Assembly: GCA_040182905.1 (NCBI GenBank)
Contig: JARQWU010000028.1
Span: 46,982 to 66,981 of the forward strand
Direction of reading: 5' to 3'
Length of the DNA: 20,000 nt
Origin: Barthelona sp. PAP020
Lineage: Eukaryota
In this document: positions 1 through 9,678 of the stretch, in pieces
How the letters are laid out: every line of letters begins with the position of its first letter
Position numbering within the stretch: position 1 is the first letter of the stretch
Made by a program: the position numbers and the translations under genes
The notes under the pieces: model-generated
Database searches by the model: none
Told to the model about the DNA's origin: nothing
The model's input: only the letters and a program-made list of their open reading frames with translations

Positions 1-446
1 TGCGCGAAATGTTTCCGCTTTGCAATAAACAAAAAAAAAAAGATTAGAAAAAAAAAAGAATATTTTACCAGCAGCTCCCTTTTCCGCAACTTGTTTTATA
101 ATGGGCAACGAAGGTTGTAAAGTCCAAATAGAACTCTTCCAACTTTTGTTTTGCTTCAAAAACTTTCAAAAAGAAAGAGTATTATTTGGTCTGTGAAATT
201 GAACGTTTTTGTTGACTATTTAAAAAGCAAATGCCCCAATTGCGACAATGTCGAAAAGTCTGCTTCTAAAAAAAAAAAGACAATTCTCATTGCTTGCGCC
301 TTTTGCTTTAAACCTTAACTTCCAATTTTCAAATTTGAATTTCACACATCTGGACAAAGCAGATGTACAATATATTTTTTGCTTGTCTTGGCTGGACCAA
401 TTTTGCATCAAAAACACTTAAACCAGACAACTTAAAAGAATTGAAC

Positions 447-3400
447 CTATTCTACTTCAAAAAAAGCTGGAGGTCTGTCTTCAACCATAAGAATGATTTT
501 TCCCTTTGAAAAAACAAGATTGGGAACACTATCGACAATTATTGTCTCAGACAACGGAATAACCATTGTTTGTCTTGCTAACCCCAGCCATCTTCCTTTT
601 GAATAGACAATTGCATGTAATTTGGGATTATATATAATGAAATCTGTTGAGGACTTTCCAATTCCAAGACCATATACCTGATCAAATTTATCAGAAGTGA
701 CTTGAAAATCTTCTAATCCAGAACGTAGACAAAACAAATATAAAGTAGAACTGGAATGAAACAAGAATTTTTGTTCAGATTGAAGGAAATACACTTCCCC
801 TAGTTTCACCAAAGAATTGATAAAACCAATGATTTGAGGTAACACATCTTTCTTTATCGGATTATGAGGCTCAAATAAAATTAACATTAACCTAAGAAGA
901 TCAAACATCATCAATGTCTTGAAATTGGGCAAATTAACACAACTTTGAAAAAACAATAACAACGAACGAACATCTTCCAAATTATTGGCTGCAAAACATT
1001 CTTGAGAAACTTTCACAAATTGTTCAAAATATTTATCAATTATAGTTGTTAGTGCATATTTACACCAATTACTGGTGTTTTTTCTTCGTTTCTTCAAATC
1101 ATCAGAGGTAAAAAACCTTAAAAAATATTTCATCAGATTCATTTGCTCCCCAAAATTAAACCGCTCAAATAACCCATCAAAATTGTACATAATGAATCCA
1201 CAAATCTCAATTTCGATAAATGAACCATACTTTGTGGAAGATAATGCATTGACAGTTTCAATAATGAAAGGAAAAATAGAATCAACCAAATACAAATTTT
1301 CTTTTGTTATTAAGACAGATAAACAAATAATAGCAAGAATAACATTTTCAAAATTTTTTAACTTGGAAAGCTTATCAATAAACTGCTGAATTTCCAAAAA
1401 ATTAATAATCTCTTTGGCCAGAAATTGTTTCTTTTTGAAATCTAAACAACGAAAACTAATCTCCAATACATCTAATATTTGGTTGAAAGGATATGAGGAA
1501 TAGAACATCTTACTTAAGAAATTGAAAGAAGGAACTGAAAATCCATCTAATTTTGCACTTAGAACGCTCAATTCATTCATCATATATTGTGAAAGGTCAA
1601 AAAAGTCACTATCACTATCAAATATGTTAAAAAAAAGACCAAAAATTACCAAAACAAAGGAAGTAAACGTGTTACTAACCTTAAGATTTTCCTTTACTTC
1701 TTTTCTCAAGAAAATCAAGTTTGATTCACTGTTGTACAAGATAATTATTGGGTTTATGTGTTGCCAAATAGCAAAAGATTCATTCAACAGTCTAATCGGT
1801 AAAATAGGCTGTAATAATCGACAAATACTGTGAAATTCAGGATCATTCTTGGCAGAAGATATGAACTTTGATAGAGTAAAGAGATATAAGGCCTCAAAAC
1901 TCACACTCAACAATGAATATGTCCTAAACTCCAACAACAACTCATTACATTGCATCATACCAGTGGAACTAAGTCCATTTCCAAAAATAGGTGGCAATAT
2001 GGGCTTCTGATGATGGCTCAACTTTATCAAATCACTTGGTTTCACCACTAAAGAATTCAAAAACTTATCTCGATTAGCTGATTCAATTATCTTTTGTAAA
2101 ACCCCATCTCGAGTCCACACGTAAATCTCTTCCTCAAAAGTGCTAACAAAAACAAAACCTTCGGGATAGAATGAAACAAACTTTGGCCTGGTACTGTGGC
2201 CACTCAATATGGAAACAGATTTTACTACAACAGATATATGAGGTGGTGGATGTGTTAAAATAGCAACAGAACTGATCGATCCCATTACCACTGTAAATAA
2301 CTCATCATTTTCAAAACGAACACGAATATCAGTGATTCCTTCAGGAAAAAGTTCAATTTTGCCAATAAAACTATAAGTTAACGAGTTTACAGGAACTTTC
2401 ATTTGACCTAAAAATCTATAAGCAACCGTTCCATTGTCAATCAAACGATACATATGCAAATCACCACTCTGGTAACCAATTAAAAGACGAATACAACCAT
2501 GATCCATTCCATGATGTTCGTCAACCAAAAAACAAGAAGCAGAAGGTTCCTCTTTCAAAGGGATCAATAGATCTTCACATAAATTCCAACCAACAACAAG
2601 AACATAGGGGAAAGTTTCACTATCACATAACTCTTCATCAGATTCAACGTCTGAATCATTTAGATCATTTTCTTTAGCAAAAGCAGTTAAAACTCGATCA
2701 CCAACAGTATAAAAGCTAACATCTTTGGGATTATTGCGGGAAAAATAAACTTCGATTTTTTGGAAAATCATTGGTGATGTTACTTTTGAATAATCAATAT
2801 TTTCCCCAGATTCAGCAGATTCACTGACATTTGCCAGTCCTGTGCCACAAAAATTAAAAAAAACTTCATAACTAATAACATTAAAATAATCATGGTAAAA
2901 CAATACATACATTTCATCTGCAAACGTTAATAAAGCAAAATTCTTTGTGAAACTTATCTTGTAATCAATACCAATATTATAATAACAACCTTTATCTTTT
3001 GTATCATCATCTGATAAACTTATTTGAACTTTAGAACAATACCCATTAGTCTCCTTTGTACTAATCATCCATTCACCCAAAAATTTTAAATCACCAGTCG
3101 AAGGAGGATCAGCAAGATTACAAACAATTTCTTCCTCTTCAACATCATTGTTAAAGAAAGGGGGAAACTCACTGGCGTCATAATCAGTTTTGTAATCAAA
3201 CGAATCTCTTTCATCATCATAATCAATTGAATGTAATCTGGAGCCAAGTAAATATGCATAAGGATCTTCTTCTTCTTCTTTTTCCTCTTTCTTTTGCTTC
3301 TTGGTGCTCAATTCCAATAAAACAATACGATCAACAGTAGCAACAATTATATGACCATCATCCAACCAAAATATACTTTTTAGTAGGGGCAAATCGCATC

Positions 3401-4154
3401 TAACTATTAAATTCAACTCATAGTCAAAAATTCTAAACCAATCACCCTGCATCACTGAAAACATCTTCCCATTAGGACTCACATCAACTGCCAATATAGG
3501 GCAATGGCATGCTCGCAAGTTAAAATTACAAAAATGGTTTTCACTGACCTTATGGTTGGCTGCGTGAATGTTGATGATATTATAAAAATAGAAACAGCCA
3601 TAGTTATCCAAGAAATATAAATACCTGAAGCCATATTTCTCAATAATAGAAACATCAGCTATCCATTTGTAGAAATGAAAAAAATCAAATATCTTTAACG
3701 TAATTAAATCAACATAAACAACTTCACCAGTGGTAGAAGTAATAAATAAGATTTGATGTGGTTGTGTATCAATAGGAGTGTATAATGCAGTGTCTGTAAT
3801 CATTCCAATATCAAAACATTTTATTGTTTTGGTTAAGAAATACGTATCCAAAAGATACAAATCAATAAATGTATCAGAAACAGCAATTAAATATTGTTTA
3901 GTCAATAACAATTGTTTGTAGGATCGTGTATTCTCACTTGATAACAATATTTGAGCTTGTAAAGTTTGTTGAGGTGAAATACATACATCCGGTATGAATT
4001 TTCCCTCTAAAAGGGACCAAACTATTATGTTACCTTCTCTTGACGCTGTAAATAATCGATGATATAATTCGTCAAAAGCATGGGATACAACATGATGATT
4101 GATCTCAATATCAGATAATAACAATGAATAATTTAAATAATTTTGATTGCTCAT
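447..4154 (-). CDS. Large WD40-repeat protein, WDR7/WDR72 (Rabconnectin-3 beta)-like, 1235 aa
   Basis: Uninterrupted ATG..TAG ORF. WD-like blades: LFTASREGNIIVWSL, ILAVDVSPNGKMF, LLIGYQSGDLHMYRL, LSGHSTRPKFVSFYPEGFVFVSTFEEEIYVWTRDGVL. These are followed by a helical region and C-terminal LYLFCLRSG. The layout matches my recollection of WDR7. WD40 is well supported; orthology is less so. Confidence 0.65.
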   Translation of the reverse strand: MSNQNYLNYSLLLSDIEINHHVVSHAFDELYHRLFTASREGNIIVWSLLEGKFIPDVCISPQQTLQAQILLSSENTRSYKQLLLTKQYLIAVSDTFIDLYLLDTYFLTKTIKCFDIGMITDTALYTPIDTQPHQILFITSTTGEVVYVDLITLKIFDFFHFYKWIADVSIIEKYGFRYLYFLDNYGCFYFYNIINIHAANHKVSENHFCNFNLRACHCPILAVDVSPNGKMFSVMQGDWFRIFDYELNLIVRCDLPLLKSIFWLDDGHIIVATVDRIVLLELSTKKQKKEEKEEEEDPYAYLLGSRLHSIDYDDERDSFDYKTDYDASEFPPFFNNDVEEEEIVCNLADPPSTGDLKFLGEWMISTKETNGYCSKVQISLSDDDTKDKGCYYNIGIDYKISFTKNFALLTFADEMYVLFYHDYFNVISYEVFFNFCGTGLANVSESAESGENIDYSKVTSPMIFQKIEVYFSRNNPKDVSFYTVGDRVLTAFAKENDLNDSDVESDEELCDSETFPYVLVVGWNLCEDLLIPLKEEPSASCFLVDEHHGMDHGCIRLLIGYQSGDLHMYRLIDNGTVAYRFLGQMKVPVNSLTYSFIGKIELFPEGITDIRVRFENDELFTVVMGSISSVAILTHPPPHISVVVKSVSILSGHSTRPKFVSFYPEGFVFVSTFEEEIYVWTRDGVLQKIIESANRDKFLNSLVVKPSDLIKLSHHQKPILPPIFGNGLSSTGMMQCNELLLEFRTYSLLSVSFEALYLFTLSKFISSAKNDPEFHSICRLLQPILPIRLLNESFAIWQHINPIIILYNSESNLIFLRKEVKENLKVSNTFTSFVLVIFGLFFNIFDSDSDFFDLSQYMMNELSVLSAKLDGFSVPSFNFLSKMFYSSYPFNQILDVLEISFRCLDFKKKQFLAKEIINFLEIQQFIDKLSKLKNFENVILAIICLSVLITKENLYLVDSIFPFIIETVNALSSTKYGSFIEIEICGFIMYNFDGLFERFNFGEQMNLMKYFLRFFTSDDLKKRRKNTSNWCKYALTTIIDKYFEQFVKVSQECFAANNLEDVRSLLLFFQSCVNLPNFKTLMMFDLLRLMLILFEPHNPIKKDVLPQIIGFINSLVKLGEVYFLQSEQKFLFHSSSTLYLFCLRSGLEDFQVTSDKFDQVYGLGIGKSSTDFIIYNPKLHAIVYSKGRWLGLARQTMVIPLSETIIVDSVPNLVFSKGKIILMVEDRPPAFFEVE

Positions 4155-4455
4155 TCAATATTGAATTAAAATTTCACATTGTGGTAAAAACCGAACGGCA
4201 AAGAATTCAAAAAAAAACAGTTTATCTCATATATACATATGTTTTAAAAATAAAAATACTGTAGTCAACATATACAAACAAAAAAAAACTTCAAACAAAA
4301 AAATTGAACAATTTTTACCAACTAATAAAATGAACATACCATACTTTTACATTAACATTCTTTGTAAAAGATTGAAATTCGAATGCAATTATTTGGTTAA
4401 TTTTTTAAAGACAATAAAACAAAGATATACAAATTTTTTATTTATATATGATATC

Positions 4456-6393
4456 TCATAAATCCAATCCAAAATCATACGAATTGTTTTTGACTGGTAC
4501 TACTTTTTTAGAATGTGTTTGTTTCCTTTTTGATTTAGAAGGATTATTTTTCCTTTTTGCTCGATTTAAACTTGAAATAGTTGTATAATCGTCAATAATG
4601 TCAATATTTTCAGAATTTCTTTTCTTTTCTTCTAAACGATTCTTTTCAATTTGTTTTAACTCCTTTTCTTTTTCTTTATTTATCTGTATTTGTTTTTGTA
4701 ACATCGCTATAACCATATCTTTTTCATTTTCATTTGTAATTTTGGATTTTTTTTCAAAAACCGGCTCTTTTTTTATCTCTGGTTTATCTAATTGATGGGA
4801 AAAGGTTATTTTCTTGTTAAAATTAATCTTAATTCTGCGCATGGGTTTATTGTCTTCATTTTTTGTTTCTCCAACATTGTCTTCAATATCAGAATCTGTT
4901 TCCTTCGTAATTTCAAAAACCAAACCAATTACACCAAAAAATTTTTTGTACAGAGGCTGTGGTAACAAAGCATTCTTGTCAGGCAATATATTATGTGGGT
5001 TGTTGTTGATTTGACCAATAAATCTGTTGATTGTGTCGAAATTTAACTTCAAAAGCCATTCATTGAACCTCTTTAAAGAAAGTTCATAAGAATTAACGTA
5101 AAAAGGTCTGTCTAATCGAAATTCATTGATAAACTTGGGACCCATCTTCAACATCACTTTTTCAAAAGCATCAATGCATTCATAAGATTGACTAAATTTG
5201 GTTAGAAACATATAAACTTCGGGTGAATCTGAAGCAGAAGGAGGTAATTTAGCAAATCTAACTTCAGCAAAACAAAAGTACAACAAACTGAACAAATAAT
5301 AATGTTGCGAAGTCCTAAACCTACCTATCCTTACAATTATTGTCCCATTATCATTCAAAAGTCTACACAACAAAGGAAAAACTAGCCCAAAATTAGTTTC
5401 CCAACCCATGTTCTTCAAACCGTAGTGGTTTACTTTTGATTCCAATAGACAATCTATATATATAAGTTCAGCACCCTCTTTATAAATGTTATTCACCGCT
5501 TTCAATAGTTTTTCTCGATTTTCAACAGAACCAAGTATAGCACGATTGGCTTTCTTAGCATCACTCTCTCTATTGATAGAAACACATGGATGCATGTTAA
5601 TTTCGCTATTTCCATTCTTTATTCTAGCTGGTGGCTCAATACCAAACGTTAATGGTAAAACTTCGTAGTCTTGTCCAACAAAATCAGGGAAATAATAATA
5701 GAAATCTTGTTGTGGTGAAAAATCTAAAAAGTGAATCGTTTCAAAGGGTTCTTTTAAAGTTAAAGTGTTTGGAAAGCGAGAATTTTCACCCTGATAATAG
5801 GTGAAATTCACTGCTCTATCCATAACAGCAAATATTGCACTGGACAAATGAAATTCACTGTTCTCACTTCTTTCTTCCTTTTCACATAAAACACGAATGG
5901 GATTGCAATATCTTTTCATAACCTTAAACGTAGAAGGGAACTTTTGGGGATCCTTTTTTGTTCGTTCTTCACACAATAAAACCAATTCTTCTTGAATATT
6001 CTTAAACTTTTGTTCTTCAGATATGTCAATTAAGGAACTGATTGGATCAGGTGGCAAATTTCCTTGATTAAAAAATAAAAATTGCTCTCTCCATTTTGCC
6101 TCATTCCACGTTTGCATTTGTTCTGCCAACATAACAACAGTTTCATCAACATTTTTAAATGAAGAATGAGGAATAATTCTATCTGGTCCTTTAACTAACC
6201 AATTAATTGTTTCACGATATGATAAACCAAAATATAAAGACAATGTTTGAGCCTGCTCTGATTCATCAATGTTAAATATTGGTGCATCACTTTCAATTAC
6301 ACTTTCAACATATGAAATGGAAGATTTTGTATATAAACCAAAAGGATCATCGAATAAAGGCTTCTCAGGAAGTACTTCTATTACACCTTCCAT
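4456..6393 (-). CDS. FtsJ/RrmJ-fold cap-specific 2'-O-ribose methyltransferase-like (CMTR1/2-like) protein, degenerate active site, 645 aa
   Basis: ATG at 6393 (the ORF-track start at 6396 is TTG); stop TGA. LLCRLLNDNGTIIVRIGRFRTSQHYYLFSLLYFCFAEVRFAKLPPSASDSPEVYMFLTKF resembles the CMTR C-terminal half (LLYxCFxxVxxxKPxxSxxxNSERY). RYCNPI and FAVMD resemble the N-terminal NPYE and MANMD motifs. Lys-rich, NLS-like tail. Confidence 0.65.
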   Translation of the reverse strand: MEGVIEVLPEKPLFDDPFGLYTKSSISYVESVIESDAPIFNIDESEQAQTLSLYFGLSYRETINWLVKGPDRIIPHSSFKNVDETVVMLAEQMQTWNEAKWREQFLFFNQGNLPPDPISSLIDISEEQKFKNIQEELVLLCEERTKKDPQKFPSTFKVMKRYCNPIRVLCEKEERSENSEFHLSSAIFAVMDRAVNFTYYQGENSRFPNTLTLKEPFETIHFLDFSPQQDFYYYFPDFVGQDYEVLPLTFGIEPPARIKNGNSEINMHPCVSINRESDAKKANRAILGSVENREKLLKAVNNIYKEGAELIYIDCLLESKVNHYGLKNMGWETNFGLVFPLLCRLLNDNGTIIVRIGRFRTSQHYYLFSLLYFCFAEVRFAKLPPSASDSPEVYMFLTKFSQSYECIDAFEKVMLKMGPKFINEFRLDRPFYVNSYELSLKRFNEWLLKLNFDTINRFIGQINNNPHNILPDKNALLPQPLYKKFFGVIGLVFEITKETDSDIEDNVGETKNEDNKPMRRIKINFNKKITFSHQLDKPEIKKEPVFEKKSKITNENEKDMVIAMLQKQIQINKEKEKELKQIEKNRLEEKKRNSENIDIIDDYTTISSLNRAKRKNNPSKSKRKQTHSKKVVPVKNNSYDFGLDL

Positions 6394-6561
6394 CAATAAT
6401 CAAATATTAATGGGAAAAAAAATGCTTTTCTTATTGATGTTGTAATCTTTTCTTTTATGCAAAAAAATTCAATAAATACACAATTAATTTAAGAATGTGT
6501 GAATTAGAATCAAAAAAATAAATTCAAAAACGTAATTTATCAGAAAAGAGCTCATCATACT

Positions 6562-9498
6562 CTATTGGGACTTAGCAAATGTCTCAATAATATGACCAAC
6601 AGGAGTAGGATCTGGGAATTGAATCATCATATGGTCGATTTCATCACTCTTCTTAATGATAGAATTCAACAGAATCAATCCTAAATCAGAAGTCATAAGA
6701 ACATCAGAACATTCTGAATCAATTGACACATCAATAAAAGCTTGTAAAACTTCTGAAGAAAAGCCGAAAAGTTCAAAAGCAAAAATTAGACAGCAAATGG
6801 CAAGTTTACATCCAAATTTGCGTTTTTCAGAAACAACTGATAAATTCTTAAGATTTGAAGAGATAAAATCTCTGAATCTAGGTGTAACAAGTTGACAATT
6901 AAGATGTGCTAACACTTCAAAGGCAGCAGCGCCAACTTCAGAAGACCAAGCTACTTGTTTCTCAATCTCATGAACACACAAAATAGCATCTGCATTCTCC
7001 AAAAGAGGGAATGCGTCGATAATTGCTTGAATCATGAATTCAGATTCTTCATCTGTGAAATCAGTTTCAGCAAAGGAATGGAAAGTTTCTTCCAAATCTT
7101 CTTGGAACATCATATTTGCAATGTTTGCAATAACTTGTCTGTAATAACCAGGAAGATGATTTGATAAAGAAGGAACGCTACAGCGTTCTTCTAACCAACT
7201 TTGGGAATAAGATGAAATTGAAGGATATTCATGGGCATATTCGTTGATTGATTCCATAAAATCATCAGCAGAATCATAAATTTCTTCTGAAATACAAGCA
7301 GTCAAATCTGAAAATGTATCTGAATTGAAAATTTGTTGATAAAGACAAATTTTTCTTGAATTAGCTTCAAAACTCTTGGTTTTAATCAAATCTAAAACTT
7401 TTGTATGTTTTTTCAAAACGTAAATCAAAGCCAAATCTTCAATGGAAATTTGATCTTCAGTTTTATTTAAAATATCATTGCAGAAATCAGTTGTATCTAA
7501 TTTTTCAGTATTTTCATCAATATTGTTAATTTTCCACAATAATTCGATAGCAAATTTGATTCCTTTTGCTGAATCAATGGTATTGTTTTGCTTTACGATG
7601 GCAATAATAATGGTTTTAGCTAAACATCCATCAACAAGCATCAACATAAGCAATTGAATTAACTTGGTAATGATTACACCAATAGGTGAATCAATCAATT
7701 GAAGAATATCCAAAATAACAAGTGAAATGTCTATCTTTACTGAAACCAAAGATAAAATAACATCCATACAACTTAAAACAATTAATTCAGAAGAAGAATT
7801 CAAACATTGCTTTAAAATACTGAAAAATTCATTAATTTCTTCAGGTTTATTTTTAAGATCAGTTTTATAATATTCAACTGATTCAGTAATACTTGATAAA
7901 GCACTGCAAACAGTTATTTCATGATAAGATTCATTTATACTATTGTTCAAGAATTCAAAAATTTCTTGAAGTTTCTCTTTTGGAATACTTTTCTTTAATG
8001 CTGATAAAGTTTTAAAAATACCAATCAAAGCTTCTCTTTCATTAGCAGCATCTGTATCCAATGCTGCTAAAGTATACTTTTGAATCAAATTTTCATGATC
8101 TTTCATGAATGTGATTAAAGCAAAATCTAAATCTTTATTTCTACATTTGAAAGCACTTAAAAATAATCTGCGTGAATTATCTCTGATGATTAAAGAATTG
8201 TGATACAGTAAACGGAATGACTTAATCAAAAAGATTGATTTTCCATCAATATCACCATCAATATCAAGCTGATCACATATCAAAAGATCAGTAATGTCAT
8301 TGTTTATTGCTAATCTGAAACTAGTTAAAAAGAAATCGGTTATCATTGAAACAGAACTGTTTAAACAAAAGTTAAAAACACTTGATAAATCAGTGGCATG
8401 TTTACTGATATCCTTTCCTGCTCTTTTCAACGCAATCAAACCACGAGTAAATGCTTGACATAAAGCACCATTCGCTGAACTATATACGTTCTCTGTAACT
8501 GCTTCAAATGCATAATTTACAGTTGTCTTATACGCCAATAAGCCTAAAGTACGCTCTAATTGATCCTTTAACACATCAACAACATTTTCAATTTTAAAAA
8601 TGTTGTCCATTGTAATTGCTGCACCATGAGCTTCTGAATACTTACCTTCCATAATACAAAACAATAAAGGAGCAAAGATAGAATTGACTGGTTGTTTCAT
8701 AACTATCAATTGTTTGAAACATGCAGTAAATAACAAACTACTGGCCTCACGAACTCTAATATCCAAGTTTCCTAATAGAACGGGCACAGTTGGATATAAT
8801 TGTGACAAAAGGGCTCGAGAAAAATCATTATCCTTTGCTAGAATGATTTCACGTAATGATAGGCATGATTGAGATATTACTAAAGGTGCATATCCTTCAT
8901 CTTCATCGTAAACTAAATAATCAAGCAAATCTTGAACAAATACTTGACCCATCCCAAGAATACCTTGATCTAAAGTGAAACTAACAATATTTGCCAATGA
9001 ATAACCAACACCCATAAGATATCCTTCATGTAACATCCATCCTTTGCCTTTAATTTTGGCTTTTAATGCCATTAAACGTGGTAATACCATAATTGCATGC
9101 TTTTCAGAAACAGAACAAAAAACTCCTAAGGCTTGTCCAGCAGCATCTCTTACTTCCCATTTAGGATCTTCCAATTCTCCAAGCATCCGACTCAAAACAA
9201 CATTTTGAATACTAGGAGTCAAAGTTCCTTCATATTGTAATGTAGGAAACATAAAACACCATGAACACAAAATTATTTGTCTCAAATGCCAATGAGTTTC
9301 ACGGGGATAATTGAATACATCTTCAAAAAGATCAATCAATTGATTAACGTAATTACCAATCTTTTCATCTGATTTTAATTCATCAAAAATACAATCAAGT
9401 GCATCTATCAAAGGCAAAACATTTGCAGTCGCTGTTTTTGGAATAGATTGCAATAATTGTCTTAAATTAGCTAATAAATATTCCCAATCAACACTCAT
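6562..9498 (-). CDS. HEAT/ARM-repeat alpha-solenoid protein of unknown function, 978 aa
   Basis: Uninterrupted ATG..TAG ORF with HEAT signatures LEDPKWEVRDAAGQALG, LGNLDIRVREASSLLF, HNSLIIRDNSRRLF and CLNSSSELIVLSCMDVI. Confidence 0.75.
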   Translation of the reverse strand: MSVDWEYLLANLRQLLQSIPKTATANVLPLIDALDCIFDELKSDEKIGNYVNQLIDLFEDVFNYPRETHWHLRQIILCSWCFMFPTLQYEGTLTPSIQNVVLSRMLGELEDPKWEVRDAAGQALGVFCSVSEKHAIMVLPRLMALKAKIKGKGWMLHEGYLMGVGYSLANIVSFTLDQGILGMGQVFVQDLLDYLVYDEDEGYAPLVISQSCLSLREIILAKDNDFSRALLSQLYPTVPVLLGNLDIRVREASSLLFTACFKQLIVMKQPVNSIFAPLLFCIMEGKYSEAHGAAITMDNIFKIENVVDVLKDQLERTLGLLAYKTTVNYAFEAVTENVYSSANGALCQAFTRGLIALKRAGKDISKHATDLSSVFNFCLNSSVSMITDFFLTSFRLAINNDITDLLICDQLDIDGDIDGKSIFLIKSFRLLYHNSLIIRDNSRRLFLSAFKCRNKDLDFALITFMKDHENLIQKYTLAALDTDAANEREALIGIFKTLSALKKSIPKEKLQEIFEFLNNSINESYHEITVCSALSSITESVEYYKTDLKNKPEEINEFFSILKQCLNSSSELIVLSCMDVILSLVSVKIDISLVILDILQLIDSPIGVIITKLIQLLMLMLVDGCLAKTIIIAIVKQNNTIDSAKGIKFAIELLWKINNIDENTEKLDTTDFCNDILNKTEDQISIEDLALIYVLKKHTKVLDLIKTKSFEANSRKICLYQQIFNSDTFSDLTACISEEIYDSADDFMESINEYAHEYPSISSYSQSWLEERCSVPSLSNHLPGYYRQVIANIANMMFQEDLEETFHSFAETDFTDEESEFMIQAIIDAFPLLENADAILCVHEIEKQVAWSSEVGAAAFEVLAHLNCQLVTPRFRDFISSNLKNLSVVSEKRKFGCKLAICCLIFAFELFGFSSEVLQAFIDVSIDSECSDVLMTSDLGLILLNSIIKKSDEIDHMMIQFPDPTPVGHIIETFAKSQ

Positions 9499-9678
9499 TC
9501 AACAATAATAATGATAAAAAAAAGGGAGGATGAATGAAAAGAAATGAAGTTAAAAATTTTTGGCAATTGTGATTCAAAAATTAAAAATGAAAGTAGTTTT
9601 TACAATTAATGTTTTCAACAGACACTAAATTATTGAAGAAAAATAAAAATTTTTTTTTGTTGTTCTAAATTTTTTTTC
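9499..9678. promoter_or_regulatory. Putative bidirectional promoter region between the HEAT gene and MPP10
   Basis: Only 180 bp of AT-rich DNA separates two divergent ATGs. Inferred from geometry only. Confidence 0.55.

Noticed and set aside
296..306. U5 snRNA loop I-like GCGCCTTTTGC
   Set aside because: It deviates from the invariant GCCUUUUAC and lacks the flanking U5 stem.
4153..4166. Perfect 14-bp palindrome ATTCAATATTGAAT overlapping the WDR7-like start codon
   Set aside because: It is AT-rich, occurs once and is not repeated at other starts; compatible with chance.
6540..6558. Box C (ATGATGA) and box D (CTGA) on the minus strand just after the HEAT gene stop
   Set aside because: The boxes are only 8 nt apart with no terminal stem or guide region; too short for a snoRNA or SECIS.
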